A stretch of 63,994 nucleotides of DNA, filler included. It is 11 parts of 11 records of this genome, joined end to end, with 100 filler letters (N's around TTAATTAATTAA, not from the genome) between each part and the next. Parts side by side here need not be neighbours in the genome. Positions count along the whole stretch, not along the records: positions 30,371 to 38,169 come from SRR7504441_7130; positions 38,270 to 47,197 come from SRR7504441_7132; positions 47,298 to 50,406 come from SRR7504441_7134; 8 more parts are not named here. One strand, written 5' to 3'. The notes beneath the pieces are model-generated. The model saw nothing but the letters and a program-made list of their open reading frames with translations. It searched no databases and was not told the origin of the DNA. Below are positions 35,141 through 47,299 of this stretch, piece by piece. The number at the start of each line of letters is the position of its first letter. Positions within the stretch are counted from its first letter, which is position 1. Both the position numbers and the translations under genes were made by a program.

Positions 35141-37288
35141 TCAAGTGAATTTGAGTGCAAGCAAACCATCGATCACTTGTCTTTGATATGTGAACTTGCC
35201 ACACAATTCATCGACAAGGCTATTCTCCGAAAGCGACTCTACGGGCTGCGTAGCGCCACACTCCTCACATTGATGCATTCCATAAGTTATCTTATTTGCT
35301 TCACAGCACGACTTGCAGAACGTGTGCCCACAAGGGTGGTAGGTCATTGGTTCCTTGAAAATCTCCATACACCCCATGCAGGTAAGAAGCCCTTCGCTGG
35401 CCTCTTGCGCCTTTTGAAGCTTATCAAGAGCTGAACCAAGCTTCTTCTGTGCCACTTTTAATTCGGCAGACGGGTCCAGCTTTTGGGACAACTCAGCCAC
35501 CTTGGCCTGTGATGCAGCTAAATCCTTCTCGAGCCCATCTGTCCTGCCCTGTAGCTCCTCTGCTTTGCCTTGCAGTTCATCTATCCTAGCCTGCAATTCT
35601 GCACGCTCTGTTTTAAGGTCGTCCACCTCGCCGCTTTGCCCACCTGCTGAACCATTCTGAGCCTTCAGCAGCCTGATGGCCTTTGCCAACTCTTCGTTCT
35701 CACTTTGACTTTCGGCGGCCTGCTCCTCCGCGGCAAGCGCATCTGCCTCCGCCTGATTGACCTGTTGTTGACACTGAAGCCACTGTGCTGTCTTTTCACC
35801 CAGCTCCCGCTGCAGCCGTTCCTGCTCCTGCATTGCTGCAATTTCATTTGAAGATGCCTTCTCTAATTGCTCTTTGAGCGCCGCGAGCGCCGCATCCCGT
35901 GTGGCGTCTTCATCGGCCCCGTGTCTACGCAGGGAACTGATCTCGAGCTGTTGCGCCGCAAGCTGCTGCTGCTGCTGAGCAATCTGCTCCTGAAATTGTT
36001 TCATCTTCTCTACCCCCTGTGTCGTTCGCTCCTCGGCCTGTTTTGCACGCTGTTCGGCGCTTGCAATCTGCTCCTGCAGTTTGCTGGCCCGCTCCTCTTC
36101 CTGTTCAGCGCGCTCTTCTGCTGCAAGTGCTTCTGCCTCTGCTGTGTTCAACTGCTGCTTGTATTGTAAGAGCACAGCTTGGGCCCTCGCCACCTGCAGA
36201 CGAATCAGCCTAGCTGCCGCAACCTGCGCACGGACCTCCTCTTGTAACCGAGCCCTCTCTGCAGTGCGTCGGTCTTTCTCTTGCTGAAGCTGCTTTGCTA
36301 AGTGTTCTGCGCTACCAGCAGCCTCCGCCTCACCCCGCTCTCGATCACTCTGTCCCACCCCTCACACGCCGAGCCCAGCTCAATCAAGGTACCTTGCTTC
36401 TCTCCAGTTCGTCCCGAAGCCGCTTAATCGAGCTCTCTAGCTGCTCCTTCACTGCAGCAGCCTTGGACTCTGCCTGCCTTGCCAAAGCCTCACTCTCCTG
36501 CAGGGCTGCTAGCTCCGACTCGGCTCGCTGCGCCCTGTTTTTCTGGGACCACATCTCATTAAGATTTGTCTCAGCCTCTTGCTTAGCCGAAGCTGCCTCC
36601 GCCTGGGCGTCAGCCTCGGCCTTCTGTGCTCGTGCAGCCTCTGCAACTGATACGCTCGCCTGCTCTTCCAACCGAGCGGCTTGCTGCCTCGCCTCGCCAA
36701 GCCGCTTCATCCGCTCAGAGCTGACCTGACCGACCGCTGAACAGGCCATACACCGCTAAGTCACCTGTGACAAGCTCGCGAGCTGCTTTTCCAGTTCGGC
36801 AGCTCGGACCGCCAGCGCCTGCCCTTCGGCTCAGCGAGTCAGAAGGCCTGGGCCACCTGGTTTGTGCTCTCGATGCTGCTGTCCCCCGCGTGTTGCTGCA
36901 GCAGGGCTTCGTCCAGCTGGCTCCGCAGTCCAGCGCTCACCGCCCGCTCCTGCTGCAGGCTTTGGGTCATCTGCCCGCCCAGTCACCAGCCAGCCCAGTA
37001 GCCCAGACTGGCCTGCCGGAGCTGCCCCAGCACCCGTTCGTAGTCGCCCTGGGCACTGTCTACAGCCGGCAGGGCGGCCAGGTTTGCGGCGTTCCGTTGG
37101 AGCGCTTGGACCATCTCGGTCTTCTTCTCGAGCTGGTGCCGCTGCTCCTCGACGGTCCGTTGGAGATCCTCGATCAGCAGCTCGTCGCCCGGTGGCTCGC
37201 GCTGCCCGAGGAACTGCTCGGCCGCCACCCGCGGCGACGGCTGCCCCAGTCCCGACTTGCGCCGCCCGGCCGCCCGAGGCAGCTGCAT
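35141..37288 (-). CDS. Coiled-coil protein with a C-terminal RING finger (probable E3 ligase), multi-exon
   Basis: LTCMGCMEIFKEPMTYHPCGHTFCKSC...CEECG. Upstream coiled-coil ORFs are linked by short introns. Confidence 0.8.
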
Positions 37289-37719
37289 CCCTTCCAGGAG
37301 CCAAATCGGATCGCGATTTGGCCCGCAAAGTCAATCGCCGACATGCTCGAGTTCATCAAGAGCTCCTAAATGCGTATCTAACTAGAGCACTGGTACACGC
37401 GCAGAACTTGTGCTGCCACAGGCGGCTCAAGTACTGGTAGGTTAACTATTGAAAGTGCGGTTACTCTGGCTAGATTCGCACTCAGCGGGCGATTCTAAGT
37501 TGATTGTCAGAGCTAATATGTGCATATAGTCTTAGCCTTATTTTACCCCCTTCTATTGCGGGCACAATGAGGATTGCAGTTGAAATAGAACTCTGCCGTT
37601 CTGCCCGGGAATGCCCAGTGGTGCCTTGCATGGGGTCAGGAACAGATGTCGTGGGGAATTGCGGGAATGATGGGAAACGGCTAGTTGCGCCGACGTGCTG
37701 GCTAGAAGACTTTACTTAT

Positions 37720-38169
37720 CTACGTTAGAGCAGGTGCGTGACCGAATCGCGCCAAAGTGATCGAACGGTCCCAACTGATACTCAGCACGGTGGCGAAGTC
37801 CTGGTAGATCCCACCTCTATTACGCTGCGTGCAGCTATTCTTGAGATGAAGAAAGTCCCCGCTGCATGGAGTACCGAGCCCCCTTGCATGGTCCCAGAGC
37901 TGTCCTGTCGAGCACGCGGTGCCGGTGACCCTACCCTCCCCGTGGTAGTTTGCTGCCGGGCAGAACCAGCTCCACGGGCTCAGGGTCTGGCTGAACTCGC
38001 CGTTGGCGATCCAGTTGGTGGTGCACTCTCCATTTGGCCAGGAGCTGGCACACGCCTGAGAGCTCTGCACCACGCCAAACAGCACTCCTCCGGCGGGCCG
38101 AAGCCCCGGAAATTCTCCCTGTTCACTGCCAATGCCTCGACCTCCAGGATCGAGTTCTTTGCAGGTGGC
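37720..38169 (-). CDS. Fragment of a Cys/Trp-rich, possibly carbohydrate-binding extracellular protein
   Basis: Frame open from the contig edge; NWIANGEFS...GGIYQDFAT resembles galactose-binding-like domains. 3' end unresolved. Confidence 0.4.
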   Translation of the reverse strand, partial: ATCKELDPGGRGIGSEQGEFPGLRPAGGVLFGVVQSSQACASSWPNGECTTNWIANGEFSQTLSPWSWFCPAANYHGEGRVTGTACSTGQLWDHARGLGTPCSGDFLHLKNSCTQRNRGGIYQDFATVLSISWDRSITLARFGHAPALT

Positions 38170-38269
38170 NNNNNNNNNNNNNNNNNNNNNNNNNNNNNNN
38201 NNNNNNNNNNNNNTTAATTAATTAANNNNNNNNNNNNNNNNNNNNNNNNNNNNNNNNNNNNNNNNNNNN

Positions 38270-38546
38270 CCCGTTGGTTCTTCGTGTCGGCCACCAGCAA
38301 AAGATCATCTCCGCCTCCCCCAAGCCTCTCCACCACTGCCACGCCACACGGGTAGAGGAACTGGCCGGGCTCGCTGCCCTTGCACCCGAGGCTCCTGACG
38401 TGGCTCCCATTCTCGAACAGCTGGATCCGGTGGTTTTGACGGTCAGCAACCGCCACCAGCGTCACCCCCCCTTCCTCCCGGGCGATCCTCTCCAAATCGG
38501 CCTCCATGGCCGATCCCGACGACTCGCAGCATTGCGCCCCGCCCAT
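38270..38546 (-). CDS. NHL-repeat protein (3'-truncated)
   Basis: VADRQNHRIQLF, GSEPGQFLYPCGVAV, VADTKNQR; MG- start. Confidence 0.8.
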
Positions 38547-38583
38547 GGCTGACCAGACCTGCTCGTGGCGAACGAGCGGAGCA

Positions 38584-38656
38584 GCGGTGGCGGCAGGCTA
38601 CCCCGAGCGGCCTGTCTGGCGGTGGCGGTAGGCTACCCCGAGCGGCCTGTCTGGCG
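38584..38656. repeat. 35-bp tandem duplication in the divergent promoter between the NHL and JmjC genes
   Basis: GCGGTGGCGGYAGGCTACCCCGAGCGGCCTGTCTG x2, one mismatch. Confidence 0.9.
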
Positions 38657-38693
38657 TTGCAGGGCCACGGCGCGAGATCCGAAAATAACGGAC

Positions 38694-39896
38694 ATGCTGC
38701 TCGCAATGCTCTTGTTGGGAGCCCTCGGGGCGGCCGGCGGGCTGGCGGTGGGCCGGCTGAGCCCGGGGGCGGTGTCCGGGCTGTGGGGTTCCCGGGAGCC
38801 GACTCATCTGCGCCCGGCCGATTCGTGCGGTGGGTCGCTTGAATGGGATTGGGCGTTGGTCGCGGCTCAGCTCGGTTGGGTGACGGTTCAGCGCCGCCCG
38901 GCCGGCCGGCAGCAGTTCCCGTTCTACCAGCCAGGGATGCGGCTGACTGCGGGCTTTGAGCACCTGGCGGCTGCTGAGCGGCTGGAGATGGGCGGTGGAC
39001 AGCTGGTGGGCTTGCTTCGGGGCAGCGACAGATGATGCTGCTACAGCAGCGGGCTGTTGCTCCAGACCAACACGACCGGACGGCGGTTGGCCCGGCCGTT
39101 GGGCCGGTTGATTGAGCACGAGATTCGGCCAATGCTCCGGGGGGAGGCCAGGGTCCACCTGTGGCTCGGCAGCGACGGGGCCGGCACACCGGCGCATCTT
39201 GATCAGCGCGATAACCTGTTCGTGCAGCTGTTGGGCTCCAAAAGCCTCACGCTCTGGCCGCCGCCCGACCCGGCCGCGCTTTACCCGAGCGAGAGTCCCG
39301 GACGGCGGCAGATGCGGGGCCCCCCTGAGGCTGGGCTGAGAATAGAGATGGCTCCGGGCAGTGCGGTGCTCATCCCGGCGTATTGGCTGCACCAGACTGA
39401 GGCGCGCGGGGCGTCGGCCTCGCTGTCGGTTTGGCACGACTCGGATGCTCGGGTCCGGCTGGAGGCACTGAGCTCGCCGACGGTTGCGAGCAGTGCGGCG
39501 GAGGTGGTGCAAATGTGCCGGCAGCTGGCAGGCCGGCTCGGGCTATCGGCAGCGGCGGCAGGGCGGGCCGTAGTCGAGCGGTATGCCATGTACAATCGCA
39601 GTCACGCTCTGCCGGAGGGGTGTCAATGCAACGATGAGAGCTCAATCGAGGTGCCGTTGAGAGACGAGCTGCGAGGGTGGGTGGCGCACGCTGCAGAGAC
39701 GTTGAAGCAATCGCCGACTGACGTGTGGGCGATTCTGCTCGCCGACTCAGTGGAGGGGTTGCTGCTGTGTCACGTCACAAACTGCGTCGCCATGCCAGAC
39801 CAAGGCGCTGCGAGCTCGTTGTTATTGTCCGACGGCGGACTGGCAGCCGGGCAAGCGGTGAGGGCGATTAGCGTGCGGTGCCTGGTAAATGACTAG
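38694..39896 (+). CDS. Secreted JmjC/cupin-8 2-oxoglutarate oxygenase, with an in-frame TGA at 39033-39035
   Basis: Signal peptide, then LWLGSDGAGTPAHLDQRDNLFVQLLGSK...PGSAVLIPAYWLHQ (HxD...H). ORFs 38565-39035 and 39057-39896 are in the same frame. Confidence 0.75.
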
Positions 39897-39917
39897 TCGG
39901 TTTGTTTATTCGGCGTG

Positions 39918-40434
39918 TCATAACATTCGCCACAGCAGCAGGAAGAACCCTAGCACAAAGAAGAATAGGAGGCACATGTGCCCGCTACCAGCCTACGCAC
40001 GCACTCAGCCCCCCGCCGGGGCCCAACGGGCGCACCGAAGCCAGCATCCTCTTGGCGTGGTTCATCGCCTTCTGCAGCGCCGCGCTGGCCGCCCCCATTT
40101 CCTTGTCCTGTGCCCACCGCCTGTCGGCGGGCGGGGGGGGGGGCGGGTCACAATCCCGTCCATCATCCTGTTCTGCTGGATGAGCTCGTCGTTCATGACC
40201 TCGCCCATCTGGCCCCGGCTCGCCCGGCCCGGACCACGCCGGTCGCCTCGCGGATTAGACCAATCTTTGATCGGAGCGCGTCGATCTTCTGGTCCGAGCA
40301 GCCCTCCTCCATGGCCATGGCCACGTGGTCGTCGTCGTCGTCGTCCGCCCGGCCTGACCAGCCAGACCCTTGATCCCTGGCCCCCGTCGGCCCCCCAGCC
40401 GCCACGCCCCGACGCACCCCGCCCCGCGACGCAT
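39918..40434 (-). CDS. Bet1/GS15-like Qc-SNARE (5 exons; not visible in the ORF track)
   Basis: Spliced: MRRGAGDQ...DQKIDALRSKIGLIREMGEVMNDELIQQNRMMDGIDKEM...HMCLLFFFVLGFFLLLWRML*, a SNARE motif plus C-terminal TM. Confidence 0.82.
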
Positions 40435-40523
40435 GCCGGCTGCTGCTCTCACTAGCTGGTTCCAGGCCCAGCTGCCAGCAGGAAATTTGGGCGTTTCTGT
40501 CGTTGCAGCATTTGGCGCGGAGA

Positions 40524-41267
40524 ATGGCGCCGCAACCGCCCCGCACGCACGCCCAGTGGAGCAAGCACATCTCGCTCACGGCGCCCAACCTGGCGCACGC
40601 CCGGGGCCAGCGCTCCGGGTTGGCCAAGAGCGGGCACCTCGCGGCCGCAGTGCTCTCGGCCCCCGACGCCTACCTAGACGAGCGCAAAGAATATATCTGC
40701 AGGCTAAAGAATGAGCTCAACCAGTGCAACCCGACCCTCACCCCGGCGCTCAGGGCCGAGAGCCGGGACGAGTCCCTGGCGCTCGTCCCCGGGTTTGACA
40801 TCGACATTCGGGAGGACATAGAACAAGCAAAGGTGCGCGAGGCCAGAGCCGGATCCGGGTACGTGGTTGTCATGGGAAAGCCGTTCAAGTCAGCCCACGC
40901 CGAGCCGTCCCCGCCCCCAGGGGAGCACCAGGCGGCACAGGCCCAACCAGACCCGATGGACTACACTCAGTACTACACGCAGCCGGTCGCGAGCGATCCT
41001 CCGATCGCGAGGGAGCACCCGAAAGTACCCAAGCTGCCCATCGCCGAGACGGTGGCAGGGGCCGCCAACAGGGCGAAAGTGCGGGCGTTTAAGGAGAGTG
41101 TGGAAGCTGAGATGCGAGCTGAGAGCGATAGGAGCGGGGGGGCTCCTATGCAGACGACGGAATTGGAGGAGAGCAGCAATAGCATGAGTGCAGCGGATTT
41201 GTATAAGTCGTATGCACAGCAGGCACACAGGGAGGGCAGGCGGGCTTATGATGGCCAGCAGTGGTGA
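40524..41267 (+). CDS. Hypothetical protein
   Basis: Intronless GC-rich ORF, divergent from the Bet1-like gene. Confidence 0.65.
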   Translation: MAPQPPRTHAQWSKHISLTAPNLAHARGQRSGLAKSGHLAAAVLSAPDAYLDERKEYICRLKNELNQCNPTLTPALRAESRDESLALVPGFDIDIREDIEQAKVREARAGSGYVVVMGKPFKSAHAEPSPPPGEHQAAQAQPDPMDYTQYYTQPVASDPPIAREHPKVPKLPIAETVAGAANRAKVRAFKESVEAEMRAESDRSGGAPMQTTELEESSNSMSAADLYKSYAQQAHREGRRAYDGQQW

Positions 41268-41580
41268 GTGGTGCCACACCGGATACGCTCGCCGGCTCTT
41301 GTGTGGGTCCGGGCGACAGCTTTGTTAATTGAGTGAGTACTTTAGATCTTAGAGAGACGTTATGTTAGCTTCACAATGAATCGTCAGTAATAATCCGATA
41401 CGAACGCTCGACGGTATTTGATGACTACAGCTGCATTAAATTAACTATTGCTTTATTATAGTGTTGCGCCGCGCGTATGCGATTGTGCTAGCCGAGTACT
41501 CACAGCTGACTCACAGCCCTCACGTGACTTGCCGACCACATGCGACTTGGGGCCAGATCGCCTACCATTGCGCCCCTGGC

Positions 41581-41974
41581 TCAGTCCCGGTTCCGCGTCT
41601 TATCCACGTGGTCGACCATCGCTTGATACCCCTCCGCTAACTGGCCCATCGGCTGCGGCGGCGGCGGCGGCCCAGGATGGCACCTTACTCTGGACCTGCA
41701 TGAGACAGTCCTGGCCCGACACCAGCAGCCGGCGCACCATCTCCGGGTCTGCCCCCGGGGGCTCGCCCACCCCCGCCGGCCCCGCACCCTGCTCGTGCCG
41801 CGCCTGCTCGAACTCAGTCCGCACGCTGACCTGCAGCTTGGGCGCCCTGCTCCACCGGTGAGCCGGGCGGGGCGGCGGGCACCAGCGCTGGCCGTCCTTG
41901 TCGTTCCACTGGAAGGCTTTGATCGTCCGCAGGCAGTCTCTGTACAGCCGTATCGCCTCCCTGCGTGACTGCAT
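41581..41974 (-). CDS. LYR-motif (Complex1_LYR-like) mitochondrial protein (4 exons)
   Basis: SRREAIRLYRDCLR...W...VRTEFEQARHEQDPEMVRRLLVSG; three short GT-AG introns. Confidence 0.82.
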
Positions 41975-42207
41975 CAGTAGCACCGGCGCCTGTGGGTGCC
42001 CCGGCCCGATCGGTCTGCCCCAAGGGTGGGCAGGCGGCCAGCCAGGGCGCGGGGCACTTGGAGATCACCAGACTCCCTATCTTCGCCGCCTCCTTCAGGC
42101 ACATCCCCCCCGCCGCCCCCCGCCGCGCGGTCCCGCCCGTGTCGAGCCTTCCGCACCACAAATCCCTGCTGGGCGACTCGGGCCGGGGGTTGACTCGGGC
42201 ACTCGGC

Positions 42208-42854
42208 ATGGATTTGGGAGGTGGACGGGGCTCCTTCGAGGATCGAGTGGAGTCGCCGTCGACCCTGGCGCTCACCCAGGAGGCCGAGCAGCTCTGGGAC
42301 GCCTGGACCTCGGCCCAGCCGGCCCCCAGCTCGCTGGCTGACTTCCTCAAAGCCCAGCAGCGCCCGCCTGCCCGATTCGAGTTGCTGCTCGCTGCGCTGG
42401 AGGCAGGCAGTGCGATTCCGGACAGCCAGGCCCAGCTCGTCAAGTGCCGGCCGGCCGGGCCGGCTGAGCGGCCGCAGGTTGTACCTAGAGTGCCAGCCGA
42501 AGGACCCGATCCTGGGTGCACCCAAGCCTCAGCCAACTCACAGACGGGCCCCTTCCTCGGAGGAAGTCTTCGGGCAGGCAGTTAGCCTGGGGCAGCCCGG
42601 GCTCACAGTGGGCAGCGGGGCTCGCACACGCGGAGCGGGTCAGACCCGGGGAGTAGCCTGCCTTTCCCTGAGGAGGAGGAGGAGGAGGTGGACGTGACGG
42701 ACGCTATGGACATCAGCCAGCAGCGCAAGTCCCGGTGGGGCAGCTGCCGGGTGGTGGCGAGCCGGGCGGCAGGTTTGAGGAGACGAAGCTGACTGTGAAT
42801 GAGGATCAGGAATGCTGCTCTATCCACACAGTGCGAGGCTGCACAATGCAATGA
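42208..42854 (+). CDS. Hypothetical protein, probably ending in a CaaX box (-CTMQ*)
   Basis: Manual model with three short introns gives ...EDQECCSIHTVRGCTMQ-TGA. Confidence 0.5.
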
Positions 42855-43091
42855 TCGAGCGCGACGAATGCACGATACACTTTGGCTTTTAATACAAGTG
42901 GAAAGACGGGCTTCTAGAGTACTTCATATGATTACAATATATAGTGTACATGTTCTATTGCTCCATGGCCACCCTCGCAAGCTTGGACAGCCATGTACAG
43001 TACTAGAGTACAAGTAAGCGAACCGATCCCTTTTCGACTGCAGGTGCGGTCCACTACAGTGTGTAAGCTTACTCGTACATGTAGCGCTCCT

Positions 43092-45278
43092 CTACACCTC
43101 CCCGACCTCAACCGGTTCGTCTCCGGCCTCAGCGATCGCCCCCTCGAGCGCCTCCTCATATTGCATGTGGATCGCCCCGTCGCCTTGGACAGCCTGATCG
43201 TATTCCGGCGGTGGCGCCTCCTGCTCCTCCTGCTCCTCCGGCTCCTCCTCGTGATCCGGCTGCTCGAGTATGTCCACAATCACAGAGGTGCACCCGCCCA
43301 CTTTCACCACGGCGCTCGCTTCCGGCCAGTCGAGCTGGCCCTCCTCCAGTCCGCACAGCACCAGCGAGGAAAGCTGGTGCCGGAGCTCACGCATCTCGAC
43401 CACCGGACTCACTCTCACCCTCAGCTGCCGGTCCTTCCAGGCCTCAACAAGCTCATCCGGGAGCTCAACCACCCAGTCGATCGCATTCGTCCCAGGCTGG
43501 TTGACAGCGCTCGACGCGATCTCGATCCGCTTGCACGCGTCGTTTTCAGTAGGGTCCACGAGCTCGAGCAGCACCCTGGCAGTGCCACATTCGTATCCTT
43601 CACTCTTCCATTTGATGTTCTGCTGGCTGCCTAGAGCCCACTTGGCACGGCGGCGGCCGAAGCCTTTGGTGTTGGACAGCACCAGGGAACAGATCTCCCC
43701 GGGTTTGAGTTTGAGCTTCAGCTCGGTCGAGTCAGCCGAGCCTTCTTTGAGACTCATTGCAGGCACCGGCGAGCTGTTCTGTACGATCGGGTCGGGCACA
43801 AACGCTTTGAGCGTCCAGTAGTCAAAGTCCGGGAGCTGCTGGGCTGCCCACCTGCGGCCAGCTCGCCCCGCCCCAACGGGGAGTCGCACATCTCGAGTGG
43901 CACTTTCCAAGAGAACAGGCAAACTCCGTTGGCACACGGAGCGTCGCGTGAGATCACAAGCGTGGGCGGAGCCGAATCCGGCTTGTCTTTAGACTTACCT
44001 AGCGGGGCTGGCAGTGCGCCGACGGGCGGGGCACCGTGCCAGACAGCGAGCAGCGCCAGCGACGAGATCAGCTCAGCCACTTTGCACTCGATCTCGTAAG
44101 TTGTGCCCACGTGCCAGGTACTGGTCGGGCCCCAGGCGCCAGATGAGGACGGCGTCTCGAACGAGCGGACAGTGGGGCTCTCCACCTGGCGCTGCTCCGC
44201 GCCGGACCTAGCCGGCGAGCGCACCATGACTTGGGCGGAGTCGGTTGGGCAGTCGAGACAGTCATCGTGCGCTGATATGTAGATCCAGTGGTCGCCCTCC
44301 TTCTCAACCTCAGCAACCCAGCAGAACTCGCCGCTGTTATCCAGACCCTCCTCCGGGGTGATCAGTGTCCGCTTCCAGAATTCACTAGTGATCTTGTGCT
44401 CGCCTGCTCGCCGGGTCACGCCCAGCGCCGCGGCGGGTCGAAACACCGGCCACGTCGCGCGACACGTGGATCTGCACCTTAGGAATCGGCCCGACGTGCC
44501 GCCAGCTGAACGTGATGCTCTTGCCCGGCTCCTGCCCGGTCCATTACGCTTCCAGGCCGGGCCGGGAGCCCACCACGGCCTTAGCCGGTAGAGGAGAGAG
44601 CCAAATCCTGCAAGGAAACGCATTCTCCTGTGCCGTCACGAACGCCGCGGGTGCCACCGTCCTGTATAGATGGTGAGGCCAGCGCGGGGAGGGGCGGACC
44701 CGTGCAGGTTGTGCAGGCCGACCAGCGCAACGGCCTGCTGGAGCACTTGTCCGTTTAGCTCGTCCATGTCTTCAAGCCGAGCCAGCAGCACAGTGCGTGG
44801 GTCGAACGAGTTAACGTCCACAGAGTCGCCCACCGCCTCGGCGAGCCCCTCCGCGAAGCCCTTGACGTTCATGGCGGTGCTCTTCTTCCAGTCGTCCTCG
44901 GCGTTGTCCAAGAGCGCTTTCCCCTCCGAGAGGAGCTGCCGAGTGTGCGCCACGCACTCAAGGGACCAAGCAAGCAGCTGAGCCGGTAGCTTTAGCGAGG
45001 ACGACTCGCCCACGCTCCTGCCGGTAACGGTCAGTAACGGACACGGGCGGGGGGACCGGATGAACTCTACGAGCATTTCGAGGTTGGTGGAGGAGCGACG
45101 CAGCTGGATCCGGAGCTCTTTGGACTTTCCGAGCGAGTCCTGCACCCCGCCCACCGCCCCGATCGTGGCCTTGATCGCCTTCACTCCGATCGTGAAGAAC
45201 GGGATCCCGCTGCCCCTGCCACCACCTCGCCCCCTGCCCGAATACAAGCCTCCGATGCCTGCTCGGAGCTGCCGACAT
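43092..45278 (-). CDS. Multi-exon protein: MLKL/RPW8-like N-terminal helical bundle, beta-rich domains and an acidic tail
   Basis: Short GT/GC-AG introns link ORFs 44636, 43754 and 43092. N-terminus IPFFTIGVKAIKATIGAVGGVQDSLGKSKELRIQLRR...LLSEGKALL. Confidence 0.55.
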
Positions 45279-45665
45279 CTCTCAGAAAACCTGCCGTTGG
45301 CGATCTGCTGCAACCTGGCCGCGGCGACGACACAGGGATCAACCGTGGCGACCGGCTGGCGGGTGCGGCTGCTGGTGGCGGCGGGGGTCGCGCTGTGGCT
45401 GCTGGCCTGGTTCTGGGGCGTGCTCGCCTTCAGTCGCATTGCAGTCGACGCCGCTGACCAGCCGGAGGCCCCGCGCCCTGGCGACCGCTGGGAAGAGGAC
45501 CAGCTGCCAGGCCCCAAGCCGGCCGAGCTGACCGAGGCCGAGCTGGACGCGATCGCACGGCAGGTGCGCGAGGAGCACCCGGCTCGCCCGCGTGGGGAGA
45601 GACCAGAGTGGGCGGCGCATACCGGGGTGGGTCGGACCGACGACACCCGGGCGGTCGGCGGATAG
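45255..45665 (+). CDS. Hypothetical small single-TM protein
   Basis: Hydrophobic LLVAAGVALWLLAWFWGVLAF followed by a codon-like acidic segment; start uncertain. Confidence 0.4.
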   Translation: MPARSCRHLSENLPLAICCNLAAATTQGSTVATGWRVRLLVAAGVALWLLAWFWGVLAFSRIAVDAADQPEAPRPGDRWEEDQLPGPKPAELTEAELDAIARQVREEHPARPRGERPEWAAHTGVGRTDDTRAVGG

Positions 45666-45829
45666 GCGGTTCGTAGAGGGTGCGGCGGGCCAATTGGCGA
45701 CGCTCATGAGCTGGTAGGTTATATTTGATATACAGTATTACACCATTGTAGCTGGATTGGTAGGTTATCTTTGATATAGTATTACACCATGGATTGTAAA
45801 CTAGGATCTAACTAGGATCCACGAGCGGT

Positions 45830-47176
45830 GTACGCAAAGCGGACCGCTGTTGCCTGAACTGCAATATTGCCATGAGCTCCGGGGACCCGCCATGCGTACT
45901 TGCACTCCGAGCAGTACGGCCCCGTCAGCCCGTGCCGACAGCCCCGGCGGTCTAGCCTTGTGTCGGGGAGAACCAGTCCTGCCAACCTCGTCAGTCAGTC
46001 ATTGGCAGATTAATCAAATTCAGGCAGCGCACATCTTGCGCCCTCGGCCTGCGCTTGTCCCGGCCGCCATCGTTCAGCTCGAGCCCGCGTGCCTCCATGT
46101 CGACCTAAACCACCCTAGTCAGTTCCAGCCGCTCACCATGACAAGCCTACCTCACCAACTTTGCCTAAATATTTGAACAGTGGTCGCTCACCCTGCCCCG
46201 CCTCGCCGGCCCGCTACGAGCCTCCAGCCCACCATTGGGTCGGAGAGTGGCAGCCACCGGCCCGTGCTCTTGCACCGTACAAACACCGCCCGCCGGCCTG
46301 ATCAGAGTCACGCGCCGCCCGCACGCCCCACACCCTGGCACACCCGGTCCGCAATGATGCACTGGGGCGCCTCCGGCCCGGACCCGTCGTTCACCTGCTG
46401 CCGGTGAGCACGCTGCTTGACCGATCCGCTCACCCTATCTTGGAACGAGGGCGTCGTGCGGTACCCGACCCCAGGCGGTGCCTGCAGACACTGGTACACT
46501 CGCTCTCCAAACTGATGTTCCGGCCCGAGTCCGCTGATCTCGCCCTGCCCGACTGCTGGCTACTCATACCCCGCCGGCGGAGCACCGAGCGGTCCGACGG
46601 CACCGGAGTGGCCAGCCGAAGCGCGGCGATCTGGGCGTCGAGTCCGGCAATGGCCGAGTGCTGGTCTGCGATCTGGGCCAGCAGCGCCTCGTCCATGGCG
46701 GCTTGCTCCTGGTGCAGCATCCGCACCGGGGCCGGGTCGTCGGGCGTGGACACGTGCCCGTACCCGTAACGGTTCTTGATGAACGGACCACGGCCCGAGC
46801 AGGGGGCCCCGTCGCCCGGCGGCTGGGAGAGCCTGTAGATCGGGCCAGGTAACGGACGCCAGTTGCCCGCGCCGTACTGCCGGCCCCGCCCGCAGGCCAC
46901 CACCTTGCCGCCTACCACAACGTACCCCATGCCCACGCCGGCTGCCGGCGAGTACCAGCCTTCGTCGACGGCGGAGGCTGGGCGCTGGTTCCAGCGCTCG
47001 GGGGAGGGCGGCCGGTGCTCGGTGATACTTCCGTTGAACAGCGGGTCTAGCTGCGTGGCCGGGAAATACGGGTCCGCCGCCCCGAGGTAAGAAGCCATTG
47101 TGCTATGCTCTCCGGCGAGCTGGGATCGTGTCGTTGGGAGGAAAAAATCGCGGTATGATTTGACGTTATCCAACAT
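45830..47176 (-). CDS. Hypothetical multi-exon protein
   Basis: ORF 46430-47176 continues through several GT-AG intron-like segments (YQCLQAPPGVGYRTTPSFQDR...). 3' end approximate. Confidence 0.5.
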
Positions 47177-47299
47177 GGTGGCGCCAACAGAGACTCCNNN
47201 NNNNNNNNNNNNNNNNNNNNNNNNNNNNNNNNNNNNNNNNNTTAATTAATTAANNNNNNNNNNNNNNNNNNNNNNNNNNNNNNNNNNNNNNNNNNNNAA

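Noticed and set aside
38584-38656. 35-bp repeat as a CRISPR-like array
   Set aside because: Two abutting copies with no spacers, in a eukaryotic promoter, and no cas genes.
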